This document shows, piece by piece, positions 9,168 to 18,396 of a DNA stretch of 64,000 nt. The notes under the pieces were generated by a model. The model made no database searches, was not told the origin of the DNA, and saw only the letters and a list, made by a program, of their open reading frames with translations. This DNA comes from Patescibacteria group bacterium (lineage in GTDB: Bacteria; Patescibacteriota; Patescibacteriia; CAIXNZ01), in the NCBI GenBank assembly GCA_028714455.1, contig JAQTMG010000002.1, positions 38,047 through 102,046 on the forward strand. The letters are read 5' to 3'. A program made the translations under genes and the position numbers. Each line of letters begins with the position of its first letter. The stretch's first letter is position 1.

Positions 9168-9539
9168 ATGAATAATTATATAAAATTCGAAGATTTGGAT
9201 GTTTATAAAATATCAAGAGAACTTTCGGGGGTTTCATGGGAAATTTTTCAAGCGTTAAATTCAGAGCAAAAATATATATTCGGCAAGCAATTTGTTACGG
9301 CAGTTGATTCGATAGGGGCAAACATTGCCGAAGGTTATGGTAGATATCATTATTTGGACAAAATAAGATTTTATTACAATGCCAGAGCATCTCTTTTTGA
9401 ATCTAAACATTGGGTAGATTTATTGCATGAAAGAAAAGTGATAGATGTTTCGAATCATAATTTACTTTTAGAAAAATTTAATTTACTGAATGCTAAATTG
9501 AATAATTTCATTAAAGCTACTTTGGAAAAATCCAAATAA
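9168..9539 (+). CDS. four-helix-bundle protein (23S rRNA intervening-sequence protein family)
   Basis: IGANIAEGYGRY signature; 123 aa; flanked by inverted heptamer arrays. Confidence 0.8.
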   Translation: MNNYIKFEDLDVYKISRELSGVSWEIFQALNSEQKYIFGKQFVTAVDSIGANIAEGYGRYHYLDKIRFYYNARASLFESKHWVDLLHERKVIDVSNHNLLLEKFNLLNAKLNNFIKATLEKSK

Positions 9540-9550
9540 ATTATTCCATT

Positions 9551-9578
9551 CACTTATTTCTAATTTCGTATTTCATCG
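9551..9578. repeat. heptamer tandem repeat, reverse-complement partner (GATGAAA TACGAAA TTAGAAA TAAGTGA on the minus strand)
   Basis: Inverted relative to 9131-9165. Confidence 0.65.
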
Positions 9579-9580
9579 TT

Positions 9581-10444
9581 ATGCCAGAGCTGCCAGAGGT
9601 AGAAACAATAAAACGCGGTTTAGCAAAAAACATAGTGGGCAAAACCATAGCTGATTTTGATTGTGATTGGAAAAAAATGTTAAATAGACCACTTTCTGAA
9701 TATAAAAAGGTTTTGAAAAGTTTGAAAGTTGAAAATGTAAAAAGACGCGCCAAGTTAACAATCATAAATTTATCAAGGGACTGGAATATCTTGGTTCATT
9801 TGAAATTAACCGGCCAATTGGTTTTTGGCAGTAAGACTAGATGTGTGGTCGGCGGCCATCCGATCAAAGAAGGTTTTGATTGTCTGCCTAATAAATTTAC
9901 GCACGCCAATTTTACTTTTAGCGATAAAAGCCATTTATATTTTAATGATATTCGTAAATTCGGCTGGCTTCACCTTTTGACTGATACTGAATTGGAAAAA
10001 GAAATTGAAAAAATGAAGCTGGGCATTGAGCCATTTGATAAAAACTTTACTTTGGGATATTTGAAAATTTTATTAAAAAGAAGGCCGAATATGAAAATTA
10101 AGCAATTTTTACTTGACCAGTCATTGATTTCCGGGCTTGGCAATATTTATAGCGATGAAGTTGATTTTTACGCGCATGTGCGGCCCATGAGGCAGGTAAA
10201 AACTTTAAGTGAAAAAGAAATTAGTTTGATTTACGCGGGTATCAAAAAGATTTTAGCTGCTTCTATAAAAGCCCAGGGCACGACTTTTAGCAATTATCGC
10301 AATGCCAACGGGGAAGCGGGTGCTTATTCTAAGCAACTTAAGGTTTATGGCAAATATGGCGAGCCCTGCCCAGGCGGCGGCAAGATTGTGCGGGTGCGTA
10401 TAGCTGGTCGCTCCGCCTCATATTGCCCTAAGTGTCAGAAATAA
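9581..10444 (+). CDS. mutM: formamidopyrimidine-DNA glycosylase
   Basis: N-terminal MPELPEVE; C-terminal zinc finger CPGGGKIVRVRIAGRSASYCPKCQ. Confidence 0.9.
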   Translation: MPELPEVETIKRGLAKNIVGKTIADFDCDWKKMLNRPLSEYKKVLKSLKVENVKRRAKLTIINLSRDWNILVHLKLTGQLVFGSKTRCVVGGHPIKEGFDCLPNKFTHANFTFSDKSHLYFNDIRKFGWLHLLTDTELEKEIEKMKLGIEPFDKNFTLGYLKILLKRRPNMKIKQFLLDQSLISGLGNIYSDEVDFYAHVRPMRQVKTLSEKEISLIYAGIKKILAASIKAQGTTFSNYRNANGEAGAYSKQLKVYGKYGEPCPGGGKIVRVRIAGRSASYCPKCQK

Positions 10445-10496
10445 TTGTTTAAAATTAGCCAAATATTGTTGTTAACCTTGTGTTTTTGGTTAACAT

Positions 10497-10781
10497 ATGT
10501 TAACCTTTATCTATATGGAAAAGAATAATAAAAAACTATATTATACAACCGCGGAAGTGGCAAATTTGTTGGGCGTAAGCCGCATAGCGGTATTTAAAAA
10601 GATTAAGTCGGGTAAGATCAAGGCCTCTAAAATGGGTCGAAATTATTTAATTTCGAAAGATCAGCTTCCGGAAATTTTTGGAGAGAAACTTACCGATAGG
10701 CAGAAGCACTTAATAACCGAAGCTGTTTCAAAGACAGTCAAGGATTATGGAGAAACTTTAAGATTATTAGGTCAAGAATAA
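10497..10781 (+). CDS. HTH DNA-binding protein, putative antitoxin of a Doc/Fic module
   Basis: YYTTAEVANLLGVSRIAVFKKIKSGKI helix-turn-helix; 2-bp gap to the toxin gene. Confidence 0.55.
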   Translation: MLTFIYMEKNNKKLYYTTAEVANLLGVSRIAVFKKIKSGKIKASKMGRNYLISKDQLPEIFGEKLTDRQKHLITEAVSKTVKDYGETLRLLGQE

Positions 10782-10782
10782 T

Positions 10783-11211
10783 ATGATAATGCTCGATGTC
10801 GCAACGGTAGAATTTATGGCCTTTCGCCTGGCGAGAGAAATTATGAAATATAATGAGCCTATCCCAGATTTCGGCACTCGATTTCCTAATATTTTAGAGA
10901 GTTGTCTTGTTACGCCATTCCAAACTTTCGACGGAAAAGATCTATATGAAGGCTTGATCGGGAAATCAAGCTTTTTATTTTATTTAATGATTAAGAATCA
11001 TCCTTTTCAGAATGGCAACAAGAGAATCGCGATAACCACACTTTTAACTTTTTTATATTTAAACAGTAAGTGGATTGAGGTGGATAGCAAAGAATTATAT
11101 AATTTTGCAAGATGGGTGGCGGAAAGCAATCCGAAATTAAAAAATGAAACTGTTAAAGCGGTAGAAAAATTTATCGAGACATATTTAGTTGATTTTAGTT
11201 TGGCAAAATAA
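10783..11211 (+). CDS. doc: Doc/Fic-family toxin (death-on-curing)
   Basis: HPFQNGNKRIA matches the Doc variant of the Fic motif HxFx(D/N)GNKR. Confidence 0.75.
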   Translation: MIMLDVATVEFMAFRLAREIMKYNEPIPDFGTRFPNILESCLVTPFQTFDGKDLYEGLIGKSSFLFYLMIKNHPFQNGNKRIAITTLLTFLYLNSKWIEVDSKELYNFARWVAESNPKLKNETVKAVEKFIETYLVDFSLAK

Positions 11212-11215
11212 AAAT

Positions 11216-11608
11216 ATGCCTAAAATAAAAAAAACCGAAGAAGAGTGGAAAAAGAGTTTAACGCCGCAGCAATATCATGTTTTGCGCGAGTCAGGCACAG
11301 AGCCGCCGTTTACTGGCAAGTATGTAAAAACAAACGACAAGGGAATGTATATTTGCGCGGCTTGCGGCAATGAATTATTTCCCTCAAGCACAAAATTTGA
11401 ATCAGAGTGCGGTTGGCCCAGTTTTTATGAAGCGGTAGATAACAAAAAAATAATTTTACGCCCAGATACCAGTCATGGCATGAATAGAATGGAAGTTTTG
11501 TGCGCCAATTGCGGTAGCCATTTGGGTCATCTTTTTGAAGGCGAAAATACACCGACAGGGAAAAGATATTGCATTAATTCACTGGCGTTGGATTTTAAGA
11601 AAAAGTAA
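11216..11608 (+). CDS. msrB: peptide methionine-R-sulfoxide reductase
   Basis: CAACGNELF...GWPSF...CANCGSHLGHLFEGE; SD upstream of the MPKIKK start. Confidence 0.9.
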   Translation: MPKIKKTEEEWKKSLTPQQYHVLRESGTEPPFTGKYVKTNDKGMYICAACGNELFPSSTKFESECGWPSFYEAVDNKKIILRPDTSHGMNRMEVLCANCGSHLGHLFEGENTPTGKRYCINSLALDFKKK

Positions 11609-11632
11609 TTTTATTAATAATTAAATATATTT

Positions 11633-12250
11633 ATGAAAAAAATTATTTTCGTGCTCTGCCTTAGTTTGCTTTTAGCTGGCTGCGCAAATAACGGGTCCCA
11701 GACCAGTGCTCAAGGTCAGCCAGTTTCTGGCTCGATTGAGGATTTAATTAAATTGGGCAAAAATTACAGATGCGAGCTCCAATTTAAAGAAGGTGATCAG
11801 ATAACATCCGGCACTACCTATCTGTCAGGCAGTTCCGCCCGAACTGATTATCAGATGAAATCAGGCACCCAAACTATTAATAGCCACGCTATTATGACTA
11901 GTACAACCATTTATTCTTGGGTAGATGAAATGCCTGCTCAGGCGCTCAAAATCAGTCAAGCCGACTTAAAGCAGTTCCAGAGCCAGGCTCAAACAACCTC
12001 GCCGAGCGTCAGCAGCTATCAGAATAAATATGATTATAAATGCTATTCATGGACTCCCGATCAGTCCAAATTTACGCCGCCAGCCGGAATTAAATTTACT
12101 GATTATTCTGCTTTCCTCAAACAGCTTCAGGGTCAGCTGCCAAATTTAAATGTCAGCACACCAGGTACTTCTAATCTTTGCGCGAGTTGTAACGCTATCA
12201 CTGATACAAATACAAAAGCAATGTGTAAACAACAGTTAGGCTGTAAATAA
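11633..12250 (+). CDS. lipoprotein, hypothetical
   Basis: Lipobox LLLAGCANN after the signal peptide. Confidence 0.5.
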   Translation: MKKIIFVLCLSLLLAGCANNGSQTSAQGQPVSGSIEDLIKLGKNYRCELQFKEGDQITSGTTYLSGSSARTDYQMKSGTQTINSHAIMTSTTIYSWVDEMPAQALKISQADLKQFQSQAQTTSPSVSSYQNKYDYKCYSWTPDQSKFTPPAGIKFTDYSAFLKQLQGQLPNLNVSTPGTSNLCASCNAITDTNTKAMCKQQLGCK

Positions 12251-12261
12251 AAAACTGCCAA

Positions 12262-12300
12262 AATAAAAAGACCGCTGTCAATCAGCGGCCTTTTTTATTT
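12262..12300. terminator. bidirectional intrinsic terminator (CCGCTGTCAATCAGCGG hairpin flanked by A- and T-runs)
   Basis: Between convergent genes. Confidence 0.65.
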
Positions 12301-12305
12301 GTAAA

Positions 12306-12722
12306 CTAAATTATGAGCGCAATAATTATGCCGATTAGAATTCCAGCCAAGGCTTGCATGTAAGTATGGCCCAGCCGTTCTTCTAGATGAGGATATTTAT
12401 CTTCCTCATAATCTGGCAAATCTTTAATTAGCATATTCAGAACCTTGCCGTGGTTGCCTAAATATCTGCGCAAACCAACAGCGTCTCTGATGGTTATAAA
12501 AGCAAAAATTAAGGCAAGGGCAAAAGCGGCTGAAAGCCAGCCAGTTTGCAGGCCGACTTCTGTCGCCAAAGCCGCCACGATAGCTGAATGAGAAGAAGGC
12601 ATACCGCCATAAGAATTGAAATTGCTCCAGGAAAATTCGCCCTTAGCAGAATCAATAATCACTTTGATTAATTGGGCGATGATGAGGGCGAGAATTGGTG
12701 CGAGGAGAAGTTTGTAGGACAT
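12306..12722 (-). CDS. DUF212/YuiD-like membrane protein (acid phosphatase/haloperoxidase-related)
   Basis: GGMPSSHSA motif; 3-4 TM helices. Confidence 0.75.
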   Translation of the reverse strand: MSYKLLLAPILALIIAQLIKVIIDSAKGEFSWSNFNSYGGMPSSHSAIVAALATEVGLQTGWLSAAFALALIFAFITIRDAVGLRRYLGNHGKVLNMLIKDLPDYEEDKYPHLEERLGHTYMQALAGILIGIIIALII

Positions 12723-12729
12723 AGAATTA

Positions 12730-12764
12730 GAAATATGAAATATGAATTATGAAATATGGAATTG
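12730..12764. repeat. heptamer tandem repeat (GAAATAT)x5
   Basis: GAAATAT GAAATAT GAATTAT GAAATAT GGAATTG. Confidence 0.7.
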
Positions 12765-12860
12765 GATGGGCGAAAATGGCCATCCTGCGCCGTATCGCAG
12801 GATTGTAGAGACGCGGTGCACCGCGTCTCTACGGCGTTTTACGCCAGCCATTTTCGCCCT
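12764..12860. repeat. REP-like composite palindrome family B, copy 1 (outer IR GGGCGAAAATGGC/GCCATTTTCGCCC; inner GTAGAGACGCGGTGCACCGCGTCTCTAC)
   Basis: Perfect 28-bp GC-rich palindrome inside nested hairpins; related copies at 32085-32203 and 59968-59995. Confidence 0.8.
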
Positions 12861-12916
12861 TTTTGTTTGGATAAATTTATGATATTATGATTTCATTATA
12901 GCAAATATAATTTTAT

Positions 12917-13957
12917 ATGAAAAAATTTATAATTTTGTTAATTTTGGCGATTTTAGTGGCGGTCATTTTATGGACGCTTAAGATTACTTTCATTTCGCAA
13001 AGCGGTAGTGGTATAGTCAAACAATTTGATATTAAAGAAGGGGTAGGCGTGCATCAAATCAGTCATGACTTAAAAAAGGCCAAACTGATTGACAGCTCTT
13101 TTGTTTTTGAAACCTATCTGTGGTTTATTCACGGCGGCAATAAAATTTTGGCTGGCCAGCACTCAATTAATGATAAATGGAGCGCTAGAACATTGTGCCG
13201 AGCTTTAATTACGGGCAGCGATTTGGAAAATGAAACAACTATAAAAATTCTTGAGGGCTGGGATTTACGCGATATCGCTGACTATTTTGAAAAGCAAGGC
13301 ATTGCTAAACAAGAAGATTTTTATGATATTGTGGGAACACCAACAATAAATTATGATTTGAATAAAAGTTTGGAAAAGCCAGTTGATTTTTCAACAACTT
13401 ATCCGATTCTTTCGGCTAAGCCGAAAAATTATAGCTATGAGGGATTTTTGTTTCCCGATACTTATCGGATTTTCAAAAACTCCAGCGTAAAAGTAGTCGT
13501 GGAAAAAATGATCAGCAATTTTCAGAAAAAAATAAGTAGCCAGATGATTTCAGACATGAATGCGGCTGGCAGAAATCTTTATGATGTAATTACCTTGGCC
13601 TCAATAATTGAAAAAGAAGAAAAGTCGCTTGAAGATAAAAAAATAGTGGCTGGCATTTATTATAATCGTCTGAAAATCGGCATGGCATTACAAGCCGATC
13701 CGACAGTGAATTATATTACTGGCAAGCAAAGCGGCGGACCCAGCCAGGTTGATTTAGAAAGCAAAAATTTATATAACACTTACAAATACCGCGGTTTACC
13801 GCCCGGACCGATTTGTAATCCCGGCCTTGATTCGATTATGGCCGCCATTTATCCGACTAAAAGCAGCTATTTATATTTTTACAACGGACCAGACGGCAAG
13901 CTTTATTCGGCCAAGACGCTCGAGGAACACAATAATAACATCTGGCTTCATCATTAA
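12917..13957 (+). CDS. mltG: endolytic murein transglycosylase MltG (YceG-like)
   Basis: N-terminal TM; ADPTVNY, YNTYKYRGLPPGPICNPG. Confidence 0.85.
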   Translation: MKKFIILLILAILVAVILWTLKITFISQSGSGIVKQFDIKEGVGVHQISHDLKKAKLIDSSFVFETYLWFIHGGNKILAGQHSINDKWSARTLCRALITGSDLENETTIKILEGWDLRDIADYFEKQGIAKQEDFYDIVGTPTINYDLNKSLEKPVDFSTTYPILSAKPKNYSYEGFLFPDTYRIFKNSSVKVVVEKMISNFQKKISSQMISDMNAAGRNLYDVITLASIIEKEEKSLEDKKIVAGIYYNRLKIGMALQADPTVNYITGKQSGGPSQVDLESKNLYNTYKYRGLPPGPICNPGLDSIMAAIYPTKSSYLYFYNGPDGKLYSAKTLEEHNNNIWLHH

Positions 13958-13971
13958 TTTAATTTACAAAT

Positions 13972-14550
13972 ATGATTGATAAAAAATTTTTCACCAAATT
14001 AAAAAAAGAATACGATTCTTATGACATTGGCCGCCGCATAATCATACGACACTCCAATGATATCTTGAAATTTGCCAAGCAGGCGATTTTCGCCCTGCAT
14101 CGGGAAAATCTGAAAGAGGCCGACAAAACTTTAGCCGAAGCCGAAAAACTTTTTGAGTATTTGCAGACGAAAATTGACGAGGAGGAGGGTTTAAAATATG
14201 AGGGCGCTTATTTAGCGGCAGTCGAAGAATTTATTGAGGCTAAACTTTTTGAGCAATATATTAAGACCGGGAAAATTGGCGAGATTAAGGGTTATAAATT
14301 TGAAGCCGAAAGTTATCTGGGCGGCGTTTGCGATTTCACGGGCGAAGTTGTGCGCCGAGCCATATTTTTAGCTACTCATCGCCGTTATAAAGAAGTTGAG
14401 AAGTGCCAGCAAGTCATTGATGAGGTTATTCACGAATTGATTCAATTTAATTTGATCGGCAGTTTAAGGCCGAAGTATGATCAGGCCAAAAATAATTTGA
14501 GGAAAATTGAGGAGATTATGTACGATCTGGAAATAAAGAAAAGAAATTAG
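13972..14550 (+). CDS. translin-family protein (tentative)
   Basis: YLGGVCDFTGEVVRR resembles the translin C-terminal motif YLxGxADxTGELxR; 192 aa. Confidence 0.45.
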   Translation: MIDKKFFTKLKKEYDSYDIGRRIIIRHSNDILKFAKQAIFALHRENLKEADKTLAEAEKLFEYLQTKIDEEEGLKYEGAYLAAVEEFIEAKLFEQYIKTGKIGEIKGYKFEAESYLGGVCDFTGEVVRRAIFLATHRRYKEVEKCQQVIDEVIHELIQFNLIGSLRPKYDQAKNNLRKIEEIMYDLEIKKRN

Positions 14551-14610
14551 CCCTTCGACTTAGCTTAAGGCAGGATTAAGCACGGAAATTAGGTAGAAAA
14601 AATATAGAAA

Positions 14611-14640
14611 AAGGGCTCGACGATTGCGTCGAGCCCTTTG
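14611..14640. terminator. strong hairpin AAGGGCTCGACGATTGCGTCGAGCCCTT with flanking A/T runs (bidirectional)
   Basis: 12-bp perfect stem. Confidence 0.7.
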
Positions 14641-14643
14641 AGT

Positions 14644-15804
14644 TTATCTGGCAGTACAGATGGCCTTTTGGTGATCGTTGATGACGGCCAGGTCACCGCC
14701 CATTGCTGTCTGCAGAGCGTTCAGGGCGCCGTAGATAACGCCGATTTTGATATTGGCGTCATTCTGCTTATCCCTCCAGTTGTATTTCTTGCCATAGATC
14801 TTGATCAGATCGCAGATCAGGTGGTAGAAGGTGTTCAGCTTGTTCGGGCCAGTGCAGTAGACCTTTTTCAGCTTGGCCAGTTCTTCCTTAACTTTGGCGC
14901 GCAGTTCTTCATTCGATTTGAAACGGGGGATAAGCGCTTCTAGCCATTCGCAAAGACCCTCGGTTGTGAATTGAATTTTTTGCGATTCCGCAACCGGTTT
15001 TTGAATCTCAACGAGTTTTTGTTTGGCTTCGGCGCTGTTGGTCACTGATGCTTCGGCGGGTTGTTTGATAACTACTTCTTTGACCTCGACAGTTTCAATA
15101 ACTTTTTGCGTGGGCAAATCGGGCAGTGAAAGGACTTCCAGCTCAACCTTTTCCCCAAGGTCGAATTCTTTTGGCGTTATCTCTTGAAGTTTTCGAGCGA
15201 AGTGGGTATCAATTAGCGTGAGTAGGTAGGACGGCAGTTTGCTCATGCTCTGATGAATGTGATTTTTGAGTTCATCGGCCGAGCATTTGATTTGCCGTTC
15301 GATGAGCAGATTTACCACTGCCTGAAGCTCCTGATAAAAAACAAATTCAAGACGATCTGTTCTGCTAAAGTCCTGCATTTCCCGAGAGTCAGACATAAAC
15401 TCATCGATGAAAGCGCGAATGACCATGCCCCTATCTATTTCTTTCCTGGATTCCGCATCTGATGACTCCCTCTCTTTAATTAACTGATCTAGGGTGTTTA
15501 TCTGACCCCACATATAAAGGTCCTGGTCATCCTCAAACACGCTGGTAAATATGTCGGGGTTGGTGATGTTGTAGCCCTTTAGTAAAATTCCCGCGAGCTC
15601 AAGCGCCTCCCACATAGTCACCCAGCCGCCGTAATTGATAAGGTCTTGCTTAACCTTATCCCAGACGCGCCTGAAAGTATAAATAGCGAGCTTCTGGTCA
15701 TCATATTGTAGATCATTGAGGATTCTAGCGGCGTCACCATCTTCCATCCTGTCGCTGAAAAACTGTCCGAAAAGTTCGCGTCTGCTTCTATTGGTAAGTG
15801 CCAT
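14644..15804 (-). CDS. hypothetical protein, high-GC orphan (386 aa)
   Basis: GC visibly ~50% against an AT-rich background; conserved TTGACA-N17-TAAATT promoter at 15907-15912 (minus) and a ~70-nt leader with AAGGAGG. Confidence 0.5.
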   Translation of the reverse strand: MALTNRSRRELFGQFFSDRMEDGDAARILNDLQYDDQKLAIYTFRRVWDKVKQDLINYGGWVTMWEALELAGILLKGYNITNPDIFTSVFEDDQDLYMWGQINTLDQLIKERESSDAESRKEIDRGMVIRAFIDEFMSDSREMQDFSRTDRLEFVFYQELQAVVNLLIERQIKCSADELKNHIHQSMSKLPSYLLTLIDTHFARKLQEITPKEFDLGEKVELEVLSLPDLPTQKVIETVEVKEVVIKQPAEASVTNSAEAKQKLVEIQKPVAESQKIQFTTEGLCEWLEALIPRFKSNEELRAKVKEELAKLKKVYCTGPNKLNTFYHLICDLIKIYGKKYNWRDKQNDANIKIGVIYGALNALQTAMGGDLAVINDHQKAICTAR

Positions 15805-15999
15805 TTTCGCCTCCTTATGCAGCTAGGGTTTATGAACTATTAACTTTTATATTTTAAGGAACTCTTTTGATTCCTGATATACAAATTTATCACAAAATTT
15901 AAGTATTGTCAATAATGCAGATTGTTTGGAAAAAACGGCGGGATTGTGTTTTTTGCCCGATATTTGGTAAAATGTTGATATAATAAATAACGCAAATTT

Positions 16000-16347
16000 A
16001 TGGCAGAATTAACAAAAATAAGTCCCGACAGGATCGCTGGCGTAGACAAAGAAAAACTAATTATCTTGGAAGACATTTCAGATGACATAAGGAAGGTGCT
16101 GTTGAGCGCAGAGGCATTGGAAAAAGCGCAACTACTAGAGGTTGATAATCCGTTAAAGAGAAGAGAGGTGCTTGGTGACTGTCTAGTTAAATATCAGAAA
16201 GGTCTAGATATGATTAGGGAGCAAATTCGAAATAACACAAGATGGAAACTGCCTAAAGAGAGTTTAGCCAACGAAGAAATATATATCACGGAACGCATGG
16301 ATTACCTTGAGGGGATTTTGCACAAATTGCCAAAGCAGGTGCATTAA
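16000..16347 (+). CDS. hypothetical protein (115 aa)
   Basis: Intact ORF, first gene of the rSAM neighbourhood. Confidence 0.4.
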   Translation: MAELTKISPDRIAGVDKEKLIILEDISDDIRKVLLSAEALEKAQLLEVDNPLKRREVLGDCLVKYQKGLDMIREQIRNNTRWKLPKESLANEEIYITERMDYLEGILHKLPKQVH

Positions 16348-16361
16348 TAATTTAAGCTGAT

Positions 16362-16922
16362 TTGATGGACGAGAGGATAGAAAAATTACTTTTGGGGCTC
16401 GAAGAATTAAATAAAGCCGGCGGCCAGTGGAATATTTCTCACACGACTGGCCAGTTTTTGTATGATTTGATTATCGATAAAAAACCAGAAGTAATTGTTG
16501 AAGTCGGCGCTTCCAACGGCTATTCCACTATCTGGTTGGCTGTGGCTGCCAGAAAAATTAATGCCAAAGTCATAACCTTTGAATTCGTGCCAGAAAAAGT
16601 TCGTGATTTGGTTTCTAATTTGCAAAAAGCAGGACTCATTCAATACGTACAAACAGTTCCGGATGATGCCAATAAAAGATTGGGGGAGTTGGAAGAAAAA
16701 ATTGATTTTGTTTTTTTAGATGGCAGAAAAAATGAATATCTGCAACAACTAAAAATGCTTGAACCAAAATTAAATTCAGGTGCGATAATTGCTGCTGATA
16801 ATGTGATTTCACATAAACACGCGCTAGAAGATTATCTTTATTATGTTACCAATGAAAATAAATATCGGAGCGAGCTAAAAGATATCGGGACTGGACTGGA
16901 AATTAGTTATTTATTATCTTGA
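16362..16922 (+). CDS. class I SAM-dependent O-methyltransferase (family 3, COG4122-like)
   Basis: VIVEVGASNGYST, IDFVFLDGRKNEY, AADNV. Confidence 0.75.
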   Translation: MMDERIEKLLLGLEELNKAGGQWNISHTTGQFLYDLIIDKKPEVIVEVGASNGYSTIWLAVAARKINAKVITFEFVPEKVRDLVSNLQKAGLIQYVQTVPDDANKRLGELEEKIDFVFLDGRKNEYLQQLKMLEPKLNSGAIIAADNVISHKHALEDYLYYVTNENKYRSELKDIGTGLEISYLLS

Positions 16923-16980
16923 CACACTTCAATATAGTTGTTAACTTTAAGTTAATGAGTCACATAAAAAGGAGGGAAAA

Positions 16981-17313
16981 ATGGGAGAGCAAAAGAAAGA
17001 ACCGACTATTGAAGAGCTCATGAAAATCATTGAGGATCAAGGAGAGCAGCTCAAAGCACTTAGGGAAGAAGTGGAAAAACTTAAAAATCGGCCTCCCCGG
17101 ATTGAGGAGCATCACCATCACAACGAAGGAGGCGGAGGAGACCTAGTAATTGAGTATGGTCTGCCCAATGCGCCACGTAAACATCTGATTATTTTCAAAA
17201 ACGGCACCGTGTCCATCTGTGACGGTGAGGAACTAGCTTCAAATCGCATCAAGCAAGCCAAGCCAGGTGAAATTGAAAGCGTTTGGGAAATGAAAAAGCG
17301 GACAGTAAAATAA
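16981..17313 (+). CDS. small protein, candidate precursor/partner of the adjacent rSAM-SPASM enzyme
   Basis: Strong SD GGAGGGAAAAATG; coiled-coil N-terminus, then EEHHHHNEGGGG; own terminator at 17324-17351. Confidence 0.45.
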   Translation: MGEQKKEPTIEELMKIIEDQGEQLKALREEVEKLKNRPPRIEEHHHHNEGGGGDLVIEYGLPNAPRKHLIIFKNGTVSICDGEELASNRIKQAKPGEIESVWEMKKRTVK

Positions 17314-17323
17314 TTGCTATGAA

Positions 17324-17351
17324 GGGCTCGAATTAACCGAGCCCTTTTTCT
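17324..17351 (+). terminator. hairpin GGGCTCGAATTAACCGAGCCC + TTTTTC
   Basis: Perfect 7-bp stem. Confidence 0.65.
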
Positions 17352-17412
17352 TTACAAAAAATTTATTATATGTTAAGTTAGGATATAAATTTGTTCCTTG
17401 AAAGGAGAAAAA

Positions 17413-18396
17413 ATGGAAAGATATATTCCAAAGCATTGCGTTTGGGAAACGACGTTAAGATGTAATTTGAAATGCTTGCATTGCGGTTCAAGAGCAGGCA
17501 AATGTCGCGATCAAGAGCTAAATCATGACGAAGCCATCTTGTTGATCAATGACTTGAAAGAACTTGGTTGCGAGAGAATTATTCTTGGCGGCGGCGAGCC
17601 GCTACTGCGCAAAGATTTTGCCAATTTGGTTTGGCATATTAAAGAAATGGGTATGAGACCCTGCTTGATTTCGAATGGTTTGATTTTGCCCCAGAAAATT
17701 AAATTGCTGGCAAGTTTGCCGCTTTATGCCGTAGCCATTAGCTTAGACGGTTTAGAAAAAACGCATAATTATTTGCGGCAGAATCAAAAAAGTTTTAGCC
17801 AGGTCATTAAGTCGTTTCACTCTCTATCTAATTTGTTTATTGATGTTTATGCCATTAGCCAGATTAATCGTTTCAATTTTTCAGAACTGGAAGATCTTTA
17901 TGAACTTATTTCGCATTTGCATATTGATGGCTGGCAAATCCAATTGACCAATGACATGGGCAGGGCCGAGGATTTAAAGGATTTTAGGCTTAGTCGCAAA
18001 CAGCTCGTTAAATTGGTTGATTTCATTGTCAGGTACAAAAATGGTCCGCTGAAGATTTATCCTGGCGATGACATTGGCTATTATTGCCGCGGCCAATTTC
18101 AATTCCAAGGTTGTCAGGGTGGAATTCAAGTTATTGGCGTTGAGGCCAATGGCAATGTCAAGCCATGTTTAAGCATGCAAAAAGACAACCGATTTGTCGG
18201 CGGAAACATTCGCGAAAAAAGTCTGAAAGAAATTTGGCACGATCCCAATTTCGCGGCCATCAATCGTAAAGCACACAAGCTCGCTGGTAAATGCGCTTCT
18301 TGCGCACATGCCCGCCAATGTCGGGGTGGTTGCGTGGGCACGGTCATGTCATTTGATTCTTTGGGAACTTATCCATTTTGCATAAGGACAAGGTAA
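17413..18396 (+). CDS. radical SAM / SPASM-domain protein (peptide- or cofactor-modifying maturase family)
   Basis: CNLKCLHC (Cx3Cx2C); C-terminal CQGG...KPC...CASCAHARQCRGGC SPASM cysteines; likely start at the MERYIPK ATG, 6 nt after AGGAG. Confidence 0.8.
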   Translation: MERYIPKHCVWETTLRCNLKCLHCGSRAGKCRDQELNHDEAILLINDLKELGCERIILGGGEPLLRKDFANLVWHIKEMGMRPCLISNGLILPQKIKLLASLPLYAVAISLDGLEKTHNYLRQNQKSFSQVIKSFHSLSNLFIDVYAISQINRFNFSELEDLYELISHLHIDGWQIQLTNDMGRAEDLKDFRLSRKQLVKLVDFIVRYKNGPLKIYPGDDIGYYCRGQFQFQGCQGGIQVIGVEANGNVKPCLSMQKDNRFVGGNIREKSLKEIWHDPNFAAINRKAHKLAGKCASCAHARQCRGGCVGTVMSFDSLGTYPFCIRTR

